Source: Deltaproteobacteria bacterium (GTDB lineage Bacteria > Desulfobacterota_D > UBA1144 > Nemesobacterales > JAJCZQ01). From it: a stretch of DNA of 64,000 bases. Under the pieces are notes generated by a model. It did no database searches and had not been told where the DNA came from. It was given only the letters and a program-made list of their open reading frames with translations. Below, piece after piece: positions 19,674-29,049 of this stretch (the first letter of the stretch is position 1; each line of letters begins with the position of its first letter). The stretch lies in the NCBI GenBank assembly GCA_029262335.1, contig JAJCZQ010000026.1, positions 24,443-88,442 of the forward strand. The letters run 5' to 3'. Made by a program: the position numbers and the translations under genes.

Positions 19674-20156
19674 ATGAGCAGAGTTGCAATTTACCCGGGT
19701 TCCTTTGACCCCTTTACATTCGGACACCTCGATATTATTGAACGCGGTTCAAAAGTGTTTGATAAGATGGTTGTGGCAGTTGCTTATAATGTTTCCAAGA
19801 ATACTACATTCTCAATCGAGGAGCGTGTAGAAATTATTGATGAAGTATTTAAAGACAACGACAGGGTGGAGGTAGACAGTTTTAAGGGACTCCTTGTCGA
19901 CTATGCAAAATCAAAAGGTACTAACATTGTTCTAAGAGGTATGAGGTCCGTTTCGGACTTTGAATATGAAATGCAAATGGCGCATGCAAACAAATCACTT
20001 GACCCCGGACTTGAAACAGTATTTATGGTTACTAGCAGGAAGTATTCTCACATAAGCTCTTCCCTCATAAGGGAGATTGTTTCACTTGGCGGTTCAGCAG
20101 GGGATTTAGTGCCTGAAGTCGTAGAAAAAAAACTAAAACAGAAGCTCCAGAATTAG
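19674..20156 (+). CDS. coaD: Phosphopantetheine adenylyltransferase
   Basis: YPGSFDP.T.GH and ISSS motifs. Confidence 0.98.
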   Translation: MSRVAIYPGSFDPFTFGHLDIIERGSKVFDKMVVAVAYNVSKNTTFSIEERVEIIDEVFKDNDRVEVDSFKGLLVDYAKSKGTNIVLRGMRSVSDFEYEMQMAHANKSLDPGLETVFMVTSRKYSHISSSLIREIVSLGGSAGDLVPEVVEKKLKQKLQN

Positions 20157-20166
20157 GAGGAATAAA

Positions 20167-21360
20167 TTGAAACTAGCAAACAGAGTGCAGAATCTGAAGC
20201 CATCTGCTACGCTCGCAATTACGGCGAAAGCCAAGGCACTAAAGGCTGAAGGAATAGATGTCATAGGTTTTGGTGCAGGAGAGCCGGACTTTGATACGCC
20301 CGATAATGTAAAAGATGAGGCAATTAATGCCATCAATGAAGGTTTCACAAAATACACAGTGGTTGGTGGCACCGACGAACTAAAAGACGCCATAATAGCC
20401 ACCCTTAAACGTGATCATAATTTAAGTTATGAAAGAAGTGAAATTCTTGTTTCCTGCGGCGCAAAGCACACGATATACAACATCACCCAGGCCCTTTTTG
20501 AAGCCGGTGATGAAGTAATAATACCAGCACCATACTGGGTCTCTTACCCCGACCAGATAATGTTAACTGGAGCAACTCCCGTGATATTACAGACGGAGGA
20601 ATCAAACAAATTTAAGATTGACCCAGAAGAGCTCAGAAAGTGTATCAATTCAAATACAAGCGCCATTATACTTAACTACCCGTCAAACCCCACCGGGACC
20701 ACTTATTCCGAGGATGAACTGCGCGTTATTGTAGATATCTGCCTCGAAAACGGAATGACCATAATCTCAGACGAGATATACGAAAAGATCCTTTATGGCG
20801 ACAACGTACATGTTCCGGTAGCTGCGCTGAGTAAAGAAGCGCGGGAATCAACAATACTTGTTAACGGTGTTTCAAAATCATATTCAATGACTGGGTGGAG
20901 AATAGGCTATGCAGCAGGAGACAAAGAAGTTATTTCTGCTATGTCCAAGCTTCAGGGACAGTCCACATCCAACCCAACTTCCATATCCCAGATGGCCACA
21001 ATAGAAGCATTAAACGGCCCCCAGGGATTTATAAATGAAAGGGCGCAGGAATTTCACAGGCGCAAAAACTATATTGTCACAAGGTTAAACAGTATAGACG
21101 GGTTCAGCTGTTTTGATCCGCTTGGGGCATTTTATGTTTTCCCGAGTATATCAGGATTTATAGGCAAAGAGTTTAACGGCAAAAAAATCAGCGGCTCCAT
21201 AGATTTTACAGAGTTTTTACTTGAAGAAGCCAAAGTAGCAGTAGTTCCGGGAATAGCTTTTGGCAAGGAAGACTATCTAAGAATTTCATATGCAACTTCA
21301 ATGAAAAATATTGAAGAAGGTATGGACCGGATAGAAAGAGCAGTTAAACAACTAACGTAA
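20167..21360 (+). CDS. aspC: Aspartate aminotransferase (class I PLP-dependent)
   Basis: GEPDF, NPTG, DEIY and SKSYSMTGWRIG motifs. Confidence 0.9.
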   Translation: MKLANRVQNLKPSATLAITAKAKALKAEGIDVIGFGAGEPDFDTPDNVKDEAINAINEGFTKYTVVGGTDELKDAIIATLKRDHNLSYERSEILVSCGAKHTIYNITQALFEAGDEVIIPAPYWVSYPDQIMLTGATPVILQTEESNKFKIDPEELRKCINSNTSAIILNYPSNPTGTTYSEDELRVIVDICLENGMTIISDEIYEKILYGDNVHVPVAALSKEARESTILVNGVSKSYSMTGWRIGYAAGDKEVISAMSKLQGQSTSNPTSISQMATIEALNGPQGFINERAQEFHRRKNYIVTRLNSIDGFSCFDPLGAFYVFPSISGFIGKEFNGKKISGSIDFTEFLLEEAKVAVVPGIAFGKEDYLRISYATSMKNIEEGMDRIERAVKQLT

Positions 21361-21363
21361 ACA

Positions 21364-22470
21364 ATGGATAAAATAAGGCTTGGATTATCTGCAACACTAT
21401 CAGGTATCTACAGCCTTCAGGGTATTGATTCACTAAATGGATTAATACTCTGGTCCGAATATCAAAACAGCCTTGGCGGAATAGAAGTAAAAGAGTTTGG
21501 GGGAAATCTTCCTGTTGAACTGGTCTTTTTTAACGACGAGAGTAAAGCTGAAAAAACTGCCAAAATTACTTCACGGTTAATTAACGAAGAAAATATTGAT
21601 CTGCTTCTGGGGCCGTATTCAAGCAGCCTGAGCCTTGCCTGTGCCAAAGTGGCTGAAGAATCCGGAAGAATTCTCTGGAATTACGGTGGTTCCACGGATG
21701 AAATATTAAGCGATGAATATAAAAACACGGTTACATTTATTACGCCGGCAAGCCGTTACTTTGACCCCTATCTCAATTTTTTAAAAGATATTAGTCCCAA
21801 TGATCTTCGTATTGGGGTTGTATATGCCGAAGACAGCGGGTTTTCACGCCAGGTATCCGGTGGGGCCGTTCGTTTCTGCAAAGAAAACTCTATATTTCAC
21901 AAAACATACAAATATAAAAGCGGCACCGATGATTTTTCAGCCATCGCTGACCAGATAAGAAAAGACTCCATTAAGACCGTAATTGGAGTTGGCAGGTTTC
22001 ATGACGATCTAAGGTTTGCTTCTTACCTTAAGGGGTTAAACGTATGCCTTCCCGGCGCCAGCATAGAGGAGTTTAAAATTAAACTGGGAAAAGACAGCGA
22101 AGGTTTCTGTTCCATATCCCAGTGGGAGCCCAGGATAAATATAATTCCTGATTTTGGTATAGATTCTGCTTCTTTCACAGAGCTTTATTCAGCCCGTTTT
22201 GGCAAAATTCCGGACTACGTTTCGGCCCAGTCATTTAACATTGGGAATATTCTTACACATTTTATAGAAACCCTTGGTACTGTTGATGAACACAGGTTAA
22301 GAGATGAGATAGTAAATTCCGGATTTAATACATTTTATGGTGAATTTTCAGTTGGATTAACCAATAAATTTCAGACCGGCCATAAGACCGTTGCTACCCA
22401 ATGGCAAAATGGGAAAAAGGAGATCATCTATCCCCCCGAGCATTCAACAGCTGAATATGTTGAACCCTGA
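21364..22470 (+). CDS. Branched-chain amino-acid-binding (LivK/AmiC-fold) protein with no evident signal peptide
   Basis: Begins directly at the fold (KIRLGLSATLSG). LLGPYSS and QWQNG motifs. Confidence 0.8.
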   Translation: MDKIRLGLSATLSGIYSLQGIDSLNGLILWSEYQNSLGGIEVKEFGGNLPVELVFFNDESKAEKTAKITSRLINEENIDLLLGPYSSSLSLACAKVAEESGRILWNYGGSTDEILSDEYKNTVTFITPASRYFDPYLNFLKDISPNDLRIGVVYAEDSGFSRQVSGGAVRFCKENSIFHKTYKYKSGTDDFSAIADQIRKDSIKTVIGVGRFHDDLRFASYLKGLNVCLPGASIEEFKIKLGKDSEGFCSISQWEPRINIIPDFGIDSASFTELYSARFGKIPDYVSAQSFNIGNILTHFIETLGTVDEHRLRDEIVNSGFNTFYGEFSVGLTNKFQTGHKTVATQWQNGKKEIIYPPEHSTAEYVEP

Positions 22471-22553
22471 TAAAAACAAGGGCAAGTCAATGCGTGCACT
22501 GACTCGCCCTATGGAGGATGGGGAATGAAAGCTTATAGATATATCTTCGTTAA
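22471..22553 (-). ncRNA. Candidate sigma54/NtrC-dependent small RNA with anti-SD seed
   Basis: sigma54 site upstream, seed UUUCAUUCCCCAUCCUCCAU, then a 14-bp terminator hairpin and U-tract. Confidence 0.55.
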
Positions 22554-22562
22554 TATATTAAT

Positions 22563-22579
22563 TGGCAATAATCATGCCA
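22563..22579 (-). promoter_or_regulatory. sigma54 -24/-12 promoter
   Basis: Minus strand TGGCATGATTATTGCC (GG-N10-GC). Confidence 0.7.
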
Positions 22580-22762
22580 TTAGACCATTTTTTAAGAAGA
22601 AATCCCCACCACAAAATAATTTATTAATCATCCCAACCAGTTACTAGTGATACATAAAATTTATTATAAATATATTCTAAACTAACTAAGAATAATTAGC
22701 TAGTCATAATTTGTATTATTTTAAACAATTTTTGCGCATGTTTACCCAACAACAATATTATA

Positions 22763-22779
22763 TGCCCTTTTTTTGGGAA
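22763..22779. promoter_or_regulatory. NtrC-like upstream activator site
   Basis: TTCCCAAAAAAAGGGCA (minus) resembles TGCCCAAAAAAGAGGCA upstream of glnB and lies 185 bp from the -24 GG. Confidence 0.5.
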
Positions 22780-22925
22780 TAAATCATTTATTTTAAATAT
22801 TCAGGCTAATTTTTAACTATAAAAACATTACAAATTCGTATTTCTGTAAAAAAATAACCCCATTCACCTTCAACTGTTAGAACAGGTTAAGTAAATGGAG
22901 CTATCACAAAGAAGGCTACATAGTA

Positions 22926-23771
22926 TTATTCAATTTCAAAGCATGTTTCGTTTGCCGTCTGGTTTCCACTCACTTCTCTTGCCAGCACCTCAAGCTTCAC
23001 CTCGTCTTCCGATGAAAACAGCCCTGATGGCAGCTCGACCATTGTTTCATTAGGGGCAAGATCATAAGTCAGTTTAAGCGGTGTGGGCTCTTCTCTCTCA
23101 ACCACGACCTGATAACCAATTATTGTAATATCTGTTGAATTCTGGGGTGATCCAAGTTCTGGGTGTGAAGTTGTAACCGGGTCCCATGAAATAACGGGAG
23201 GATCACTTACTGCCGGAGCCTCTTCCTCATCACAATCATCTGGAGTCGCCACTCCTGACACAGAAAGCACAGGAGGTGCTGGTATTAAATGCGTAACCTC
23301 TGCTTCTCCGCTAAGTTCCTGTCCGTCTAAAGTCAGTCCCTCAACTTCATAGATACCCTCTGGAAATCTTTTAAAGAAATCGTCCGGATCCAGTTCATCA
23401 AATGTGGGCTCGGCACTTTCAAAAAACAGTTCGGTAAGGCCCTGCCTCGCAAGACGGCCCCTGTTTCTGATAACAAGAATACGCCTTTCTTTGGTGTCCT
23501 CTATAACAAGTTTCCTCCAGGGTTCCCCGTCAATAAGGGCGTGAATTCCGAGGTCACCGTCAGTGTTGTTAAGCTCAAAAAAGATATTTACAACATCAAA
23601 CGGTATCTCATTACCGTCATCATCATCTTCTTCTGCCATGGCAAATGGAGTACCAAGAGTGAGAAGAAAAACTAATACTGAAAAAAGCAGTACCGAAAAG
23701 GTAAATCCGATCCTTTCCCTGTTACTGATAAAACTTCTGAAATGCAACGAAAATAATCTTAAAGAATTCAT
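22926..23771 (-). CDS. Acidic exported hypothetical protein
   Basis: Signal/TM segment, then LFFESAEP...FPEG.Y and a C-terminal Ig/FN3-like region. Confidence 0.8.
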   Translation of the reverse strand: MNSLRLFSLHFRSFISNRERIGFTFSVLLFSVLVFLLTLGTPFAMAEEDDDDGNEIPFDVVNIFFELNNTDGDLGIHALIDGEPWRKLVIEDTKERRILVIRNRGRLARQGLTELFFESAEPTFDELDPDDFFKRFPEGIYEVEGLTLDGQELSGEAEVTHLIPAPPVLSVSGVATPDDCDEEEAPAVSDPPVISWDPVTTSHPELGSPQNSTDITIIGYQVVVEREEPTPLKLTYDLAPNETMVELPSGLFSSEDEVKLEVLAREVSGNQTANETCFEIE

Positions 23772-23896
23772 AATAAAACCTCCTGAATTTGATTTTAATA
23801 AAAAGATAGCAAATCAAAATTACGGGAAGTTTTCCAAATAATTACAGTTTTGAAATGATTTTGAAATGAAGTTTTAAGATAATAAAACCGCTTGAA

Positions 23897-25279
23897 TTAA
23901 GCTGGAAGGTAAATAGAGAATATAGAACCTGAACCTGGTTCGCTTGTAACTTCCACATATCCGCGGTGCGCACCTACTATTGCTTTTACAAGACTGAGTC
24001 CAAGGCCAAGGCCCCTTTGTGTACGGCTTTCATCGCCCCTGTAGAGACGTTCCCATATATTTTCGAGTTCCTCTTTGGGTATACCAATACCGGTATCTTT
24101 TATTTTTATAACTGCCTTTGTTCCCTTGTGAACTACTTCAATATCAATTTTTCCACCCGGAGGAGTGTACTTAATGGCATTATCAAGCAGATTGGCAAGG
24201 ACCTGCCTCATCCAGTTACTATCTATTGTAAGAAAAAATTCCGCAGGATAAATCTTGTTAAGTGACACTTTTTTTTCTTCGGCAACATAGCCATAAAGAT
24301 CTACCACTCCATCTATTAGTTCGGCAATATTGTTTCTTTCCGGATTAAGCTTCAGTGCACCTGTCTCGGCTTCTGATACGTCCATCAGAGTGTTCAATGT
24401 CAGAAGGATTCTTTCTGATTCCTCTATACAGTCACTAATGGCTTCACGCAGTTCATGCTCATTGTTTTCCGACTGGAGTGCCATTTCGGCTGTTCCCCTC
24501 AGCCTGGTCATAGGTGTGCGAAGGTCATGTGCAACGTTGTCCAGAATATTCTTCATGCCGTTTATTAAGGACTCTATTTTATCCAGCATGCTGTTAAAAA
24601 GTGTTATAAGTTCTTTGCTAAATTTGTCTGCAGCCGGAGCAACTGGTGCCCTTTCCTTAATTCTCGCACTGGATACAATGGAGTTTAGTGTATTGATCAA
24701 CTGTCTTATTGGGCTAAGTGCACGGTCAGCAATGAATACGCCTCCTATGTATGCAAAAAGAACTATGGGAATTATTGCAAAAATAAAAACTTTCCGGATT
24801 TTGGCAAGGAGGTTTTCTCTCTTGTCCATACTTTGCCCAAGCTGCAGGACAGTACCATCAAAGAGCACCTTGGATTTAAACTCATAATCCTGCTCATCAC
24901 CTTCAACAGATATCCATTCTTTATTATTAAGGCTATTAGCAACATCAAGTTTATTAACATTAAATTCATCCCAGTCTTCAGGTATTCTCAGAATTATAGT
25001 TTGACCCTCGTTTCCGATAAGGCGGTGAAAGATTGATTCATAATCATCCTCAAAGACATCTTCCTTTAGAGTTTCCAGCCCTTCTTCTTCGTATAAAACT
25101 CCCATCTCATCAAGGTCTTCGTAGATTTCATCCCTGCTCTGTTCATAAATAAATGAAGAAATTACCGAATAAGTATAGATATTTATTATGAGGGAACTGA
25201 TTATGAATATCACCGTGTACCAGGTGATTAGCCTGAAACTGCTGGACTTAAAGAGAAGTTTAGGATTCTTTAAGAACAT
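23897..25279 (-). CDS. Sensor histidine kinase (CusS/CzcS-like architecture)
   Basis: Two TM helices, HAMP, AHDLRTP H-box, NLLDNAIKY and GLGLGL. Confidence 0.93.
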   Translation of the reverse strand: MFLKNPKLLFKSSSFRLITWYTVIFIISSLIINIYTYSVISSFIYEQSRDEIYEDLDEMGVLYEEEGLETLKEDVFEDDYESIFHRLIGNEGQTIILRIPEDWDEFNVNKLDVANSLNNKEWISVEGDEQDYEFKSKVLFDGTVLQLGQSMDKRENLLAKIRKVFIFAIIPIVLFAYIGGVFIADRALSPIRQLINTLNSIVSSARIKERAPVAPAADKFSKELITLFNSMLDKIESLINGMKNILDNVAHDLRTPMTRLRGTAEMALQSENNEHELREAISDCIEESERILLTLNTLMDVSEAETGALKLNPERNNIAELIDGVVDLYGYVAEEKKVSLNKIYPAEFFLTIDSNWMRQVLANLLDNAIKYTPPGGKIDIEVVHKGTKAVIKIKDTGIGIPKEELENIWERLYRGDESRTQRGLGLGLSLVKAIVGAHRGYVEVTSEPGSGSIFSIYLPA

Positions 25280-25934
25280 ATCCTACACCTCTTATGGTAT
25301 GAATCATTTTATTTTCTGATTCCCGGTCAATTTTATCCCGCAAACGGCACACGAGGACATCCACTACATTGGTCTGCGGATCAAAATTATAATCATACAC
25401 ATGTTCCAGAATAATGGTTTTTGAAAGCACCCTCTCCGGGTTCCTCATAAAATATTCAAGAAGCGAAAATTCCTTTGGCTGTAAATTTATATTTTTTTTA
25501 CCTCTTTTCACTTCTCGTGAGAGTAGATTAAAAGTTATATCTGCATATTCCAGGTGCGTTGGTTCCGCTGTGTTACTTGACCTCCTGATAAGGGCCATAA
25601 TACGAGCAAGTAGTTCTGAAAAGGCAAAGGGTTTTGTCAGGTAGTCGTCCCCTCCGGTCTGAAGGCCTTTTACCCTGTCATCAACTGACCTTTTGGCACT
25701 GAGAATTAATACCGGAATCGTAATCTCTTGGTTTCTAAGTTCCTCAATTACACTAAGCCCGTCCATCTTCGGCAGCATTATATCTACAATTGCCGCATCA
25801 TATGGATCGACCAGCGCCATATCAAGTCCCTCTTCGCCGTCATATGCACAGTCGACAACAAAGCCGGATTCCCTGAGTCCCTTTTTAATAAAGGAAGCTA
25901 TCTTTTTATCATCTTCGATAATTAAAATTCTCAT
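25260..25934 (-). CDS. OmpR-family response regulator (CusR/CzcR-like)
   Basis: Receiver EDD, D51 and KPF, winged helix with NVVDV and IRGVGY. Confidence 0.95.
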   Translation of the reverse strand: MRILIIEDDKKIASFIKKGLRESGFVVDCAYDGEEGLDMALVDPYDAAIVDIMLPKMDGLSVIEELRNQEITIPVLILSAKRSVDDRVKGLQTGGDDYLTKPFAFSELLARIMALIRRSSNTAEPTHLEYADITFNLLSREVKRGKKNINLQPKEFSLLEYFMRNPERVLSKTIILEHVYDYNFDPQTNVVDVLVCRLRDKIDRESENKMIHTIRGVGYVLKES

Positions 25935-26000
25935 TTTAAGTATTTAAAAATTCTTCCTGTTTAATCTAATAATAACCCAAATCCACAGTTTTATTCAAAG

Positions 26001-26016
26001 ATTACGAAATTGTAAT
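26001..26016. promoter_or_regulatory. Palindromic response-regulator box (CusR/CzcR-like)
   Basis: ATTAC-N6-GTAAT between the divergent genes. Related ATTACAGTTTTGAAAT at 23841-23856. Confidence 0.55.
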
Positions 26017-26056
26017 AATTCAGCAATATTGGGGCAATCATAGGGCCCTATAATCC

Positions 26057-26824
26057 TTGTATATGAAAGTTATTGAGAAAATAAAAATGAAGAGAAAAAA
26101 TAATAAAAACTTTTATGGAGGCGCATTCTTATTCGGGCTTGTTTTCCTGTTCCTGACATCCTGTAATGATTCTAAAAATATGTTCAGTCCGGACGAAAAT
26201 TCCAACAACAATACCGATTTTAAAAATATTGAGGTAATACTCGAATATTTTGCTGATTCAGAAACTGTGAAAGGCCACTTTGTTGTTAATCCCGGTTTTG
26301 AACTCGGTGACCTTGTTATTGAGAACCCGGACAACAATGTAATTCTGGATTTTTTCAGTGATGAAATAAAGATCCATCCAAACTATCTGGAATTTTCCAC
26401 ATCACAGACAACACTGTCTGAGTTTAAAGAATCTTTTCCAAAAGGTGAATATAAATTTTCATCGTGGAGGGCTGTAAATTCCCGGACAAAATCTATCTAC
26501 AATCTCTCTTTTGAATTTAGCGACCCCCCTGAAATTCTGCATCCGCCTTCGAGATACCTGCTTAGCAACAATGAAGATTTGATTCTTAAGTGGAGAGGTT
26601 TTGAGAATACAAAGTCATATATAGTACGGATTTTTGAAAATGGGATGCTCATATATTTTTCAAGATTAAAAAACACCAAAAATGAAATTTTGCTGTCAAG
26701 TTCCTACTTTAAAAATAACAAGGAATACCGCGTAAGGCTTTCGGCCGTAAACAATTTTGGAAATATGGTAACAAGAAGCCTGAGCTTTAATACAGAAAAA
26801 GAAAAATTAATAAAAATCAATTAA
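26057..26824 (+). CDS. Lipoprotein, distant homolog of 22926..23771
   Basis: Lipobox LTSC. LVIENP...FPKGEY...PPEIL aligns with LVIEDT...FPEGIY...PPVL. Confidence 0.7.
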   Translation: MYMKVIEKIKMKRKNNKNFYGGAFLFGLVFLFLTSCNDSKNMFSPDENSNNNTDFKNIEVILEYFADSETVKGHFVVNPGFELGDLVIENPDNNVILDFFSDEIKIHPNYLEFSTSQTTLSEFKESFPKGEYKFSSWRAVNSRTKSIYNLSFEFSDPPEILHPPSRYLLSNNEDLILKWRGFENTKSYIVRIFENGMLIYFSRLKNTKNEILLSSSYFKNNKEYRVRLSAVNNFGNMVTRSLSFNTEKEKLIKIN

Positions 26825-26841
26825 TCAAAGGAGGTACAGTC

Positions 26842-27621
26842 ATGAAGTATCAAAGAAATTATTTAGTTTTGTTGATGATGTTGTTAACAATCCCGTTCTT
26901 AACAATTGGTGGTTGCGATAGTACGAACAACAATAACAGTAACGGTGGTGATTCAGGAGACAACGGGGACAGCGGGCCAATCGTAAACCTTGCCTGCCCT
27001 GAAACAAACCTGAGTTTAACAGTATGTGACCCGGAAAACGGGCCGTTTACAGTAGTAATTGATAACGGTTTTTTTCCTCTAGTAGTTGGGAGCAGCAGTG
27101 TGCTTGAGGGTGTTGATGATGAAGGAGCATTAATCAGGGTTGAGATAGATGTACTCGACGAGACCGAAGAGGTTGCAGGGGTAACAACCAGGGTAGTAAC
27201 CGAAACGGAATTTGAAGACGAAGAACTTGTTGAGATATCAAGAAACTTCTTTGCACAGGCACCAGACGGGACTGTTTGTTACTTCGGTGAAGATGTTGAT
27301 GATTTTGAAGACGGTGAGATAGTAGGTAACGACGGAGAGTGGCGTGCCGGAGAAAACGGCAACCTTCCCGGGATATTTATGCCTGCAAATCCGCAAATAG
27401 GTGATGTGTTCAGCCAGGAATTTGCCCCCGGAATAGCACTTGATCAGACAGAGATAACAGATCTTGGTGCAACTTTTAATTCACCGTTTGGCACCTTTAC
27501 CGATACTCTTTCCGCAACAGATTGTGACCCGCTCGATGACGGATCGAGTGATGACAAGATTTATGTTGATGGAATTGGCCTTGCACTTGATGCAACTGCC
27601 GAGTTAATTTCATTTGAATAA
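26842..27621 (+). CDS. Acidic lipoprotein of unknown function
   Basis: Lipobox IGGC, AQAPDG.V.YFGE and WRAG motifs, SD GGAGG. Confidence 0.85.
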   Translation: MKYQRNYLVLLMMLLTIPFLTIGGCDSTNNNNSNGGDSGDNGDSGPIVNLACPETNLSLTVCDPENGPFTVVIDNGFFPLVVGSSSVLEGVDDEGALIRVEIDVLDETEEVAGVTTRVVTETEFEDEELVEISRNFFAQAPDGTVCYFGEDVDDFEDGEIVGNDGEWRAGENGNLPGIFMPANPQIGDVFSQEFAPGIALDQTEITDLGATFNSPFGTFTDTLSATDCDPLDDGSSDDKIYVDGIGLALDATAELISFE

Positions 27622-27641
27622 CTAGTTCGAAAAATTATATA

Positions 27642-27677
27642 ATAAAAAAGGGATAATAAATGTTATCCCTTTTTTAT
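27642..27677 (+). terminator. Intrinsic terminator
   Basis: AAAAAAGGGATAA...TTATCCCTTTTTT inverted repeat. Confidence 0.7.
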
Positions 27678-27696
27678 ATATTCTGGATGTTAATAA

Positions 27697-29049
27697 CAGA
27701 TAAAGAGTCTTAAATATTTAATTCGGGACATTAAAATAAAAACTTTAATCTTAATTCTATTAATTATATTTATTCCTATAAATTCTCTTTTAGGGCAGTC
27801 TATAACTTCTAAGTTCAGATCAACTTCCACAAGGGAAAGCTTTAATCCAAATGACCCTCCCGAGACAAGAATCCCGATTGCCCCTTACCTCACATTTGGT
27901 GCACAGATAGAACTCGAAGTAATATTTGAGCATAACTTTGACCTTGATGATAATGAAAAGGACGACATTTACACCCTCGTACCTGAACTGTCTCTTGCCC
28001 TGTCTTATGATCCAAACAGGCATATACAGATTTTTGCCAACCTTGTCGGAAATGCGGAATTCATATGGGAAAACGGCGTAAATAATAATGAATACACTCT
28101 CGAATTTGAACAGCTTTATATACTGTTTAAAAATCTTTTAAATGATAGGTTTGCACTTCAGATCGGCAGGCAAAGGTTTGAGGATGAAAGGCAATGGCTC
28201 TACGAAGCTGAGCTTGACGGTGTTAGGGGATTTTTTCTTTACGATGATTTTTTTACTGAATTTTCTGTTACAAGGGGCGGCCTTGTGGACAGGGACCTGC
28301 TAAATAATGATGTAGCGGATAAAACTAATAACTATATATTCAGCAGTTCATACGAATTTGCTGAAGACACTCTTGCGGGTATTTACCTTGTTTACCGTAA
28401 TGACACCACAAGTGAAAACGACAGCCCCTTTTTTATTGGGTTTCACTCCGAAGCCGAACTCACAGACGAACTTGAGTTTTGGGCTGATGCTGCATACGTA
28501 ACCGGTAACGATGGTGACAATGAAATAAGCGGATTCGGTTTTGATGTGGGAGCTGTTTATTCATTTGATACTTTTTTTGAGCCCTATATAACACTGGCTT
28601 ATGCATTTGGAAGCGGAGACGGTAATGCCGAAGATGGTAAAGACAAGAATTTCCGCCAGACCGGACTCCAGGGAAATGAAGGTGATTTTAACGGTGTGGT
28701 AGATTTCCTGTATTACGGCGAGGTATTTGATCCTGAGCTAAGCAATATGTCGATTATTACAGCAGGACTGGGTATCAATCCTACGGAAGAAAGCTCAATT
28801 GATATTATTTATCACCACTACAGACAAACAAAAGCATCAGCCGAACTTAGGGAATCAGCTATTGAGGCAGAACCAGACGGAGTAAATAAAAGCCTTGGAA
28901 ATGAGATTGACCTGATACTTGGTTATGAAGGTTTTGGTGAGAGAATTGCCGTAGGAATATTCTTTGGCTATTTCATCCCGGGTGATGCATTCCCCGAAGC
29001 TAATGGCAATGCTTTTTTAAGTAGAATAATAATGGAATATGAGTTTTAA
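27697..29049 (+). CDS. AlgE/alginate-export-like outer-membrane beta-barrel (start uncertain)
   Basis: Frame open from 27697 with signal-like KIKTLILILLIIFIPINSLLG. GRQRF.DERQW, YAFGSGD and ELSN motifs, C-terminal YEF. Confidence 0.8.
   Translation, partial: QIKSLKYLIRDIKIKTLILILLIIFIPINSLLGQSITSKFRSTSTRESFNPNDPPETRIPIAPYLTFGAQIELEVIFEHNFDLDDNEKDDIYTLVPELSLALSYDPNRHIQIFANLVGNAEFIWENGVNNNEYTLEFEQLYILFKNLLNDRFALQIGRQRFEDERQWLYEAELDGVRGFFLYDDFFTEFSVTRGGLVDRDLLNNDVADKTNNYIFSSSYEFAEDTLAGIYLVYRNDTTSENDSPFFIGFHSEAELTDELEFWADAAYVTGNDGDNEISGFGFDVGAVYSFDTFFEPYITLAYAFGSGDGNAEDGKDKNFRQTGLQGNEGDFNGVVDFLYYGEVFDPELSNMSIITAGLGINPTEESSIDIIYHHYRQTKASAELRESAIEAEPDGVNKSLGNEIDLILGYEGFGERIAVGIFFGYFIPGDAFPEANGNAFLSRIIMEYEF

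Noticed and set aside
22525-22647. Plus-strand 40-aa ORF with a good SD (MKAYRYIFV...)
   Set aside because: It runs through the sigma54 site and has no recognisable features, and the hairpin G-U pairs and U-tract favour a minus-strand RNA. It is kept as the alternative hypothesis.
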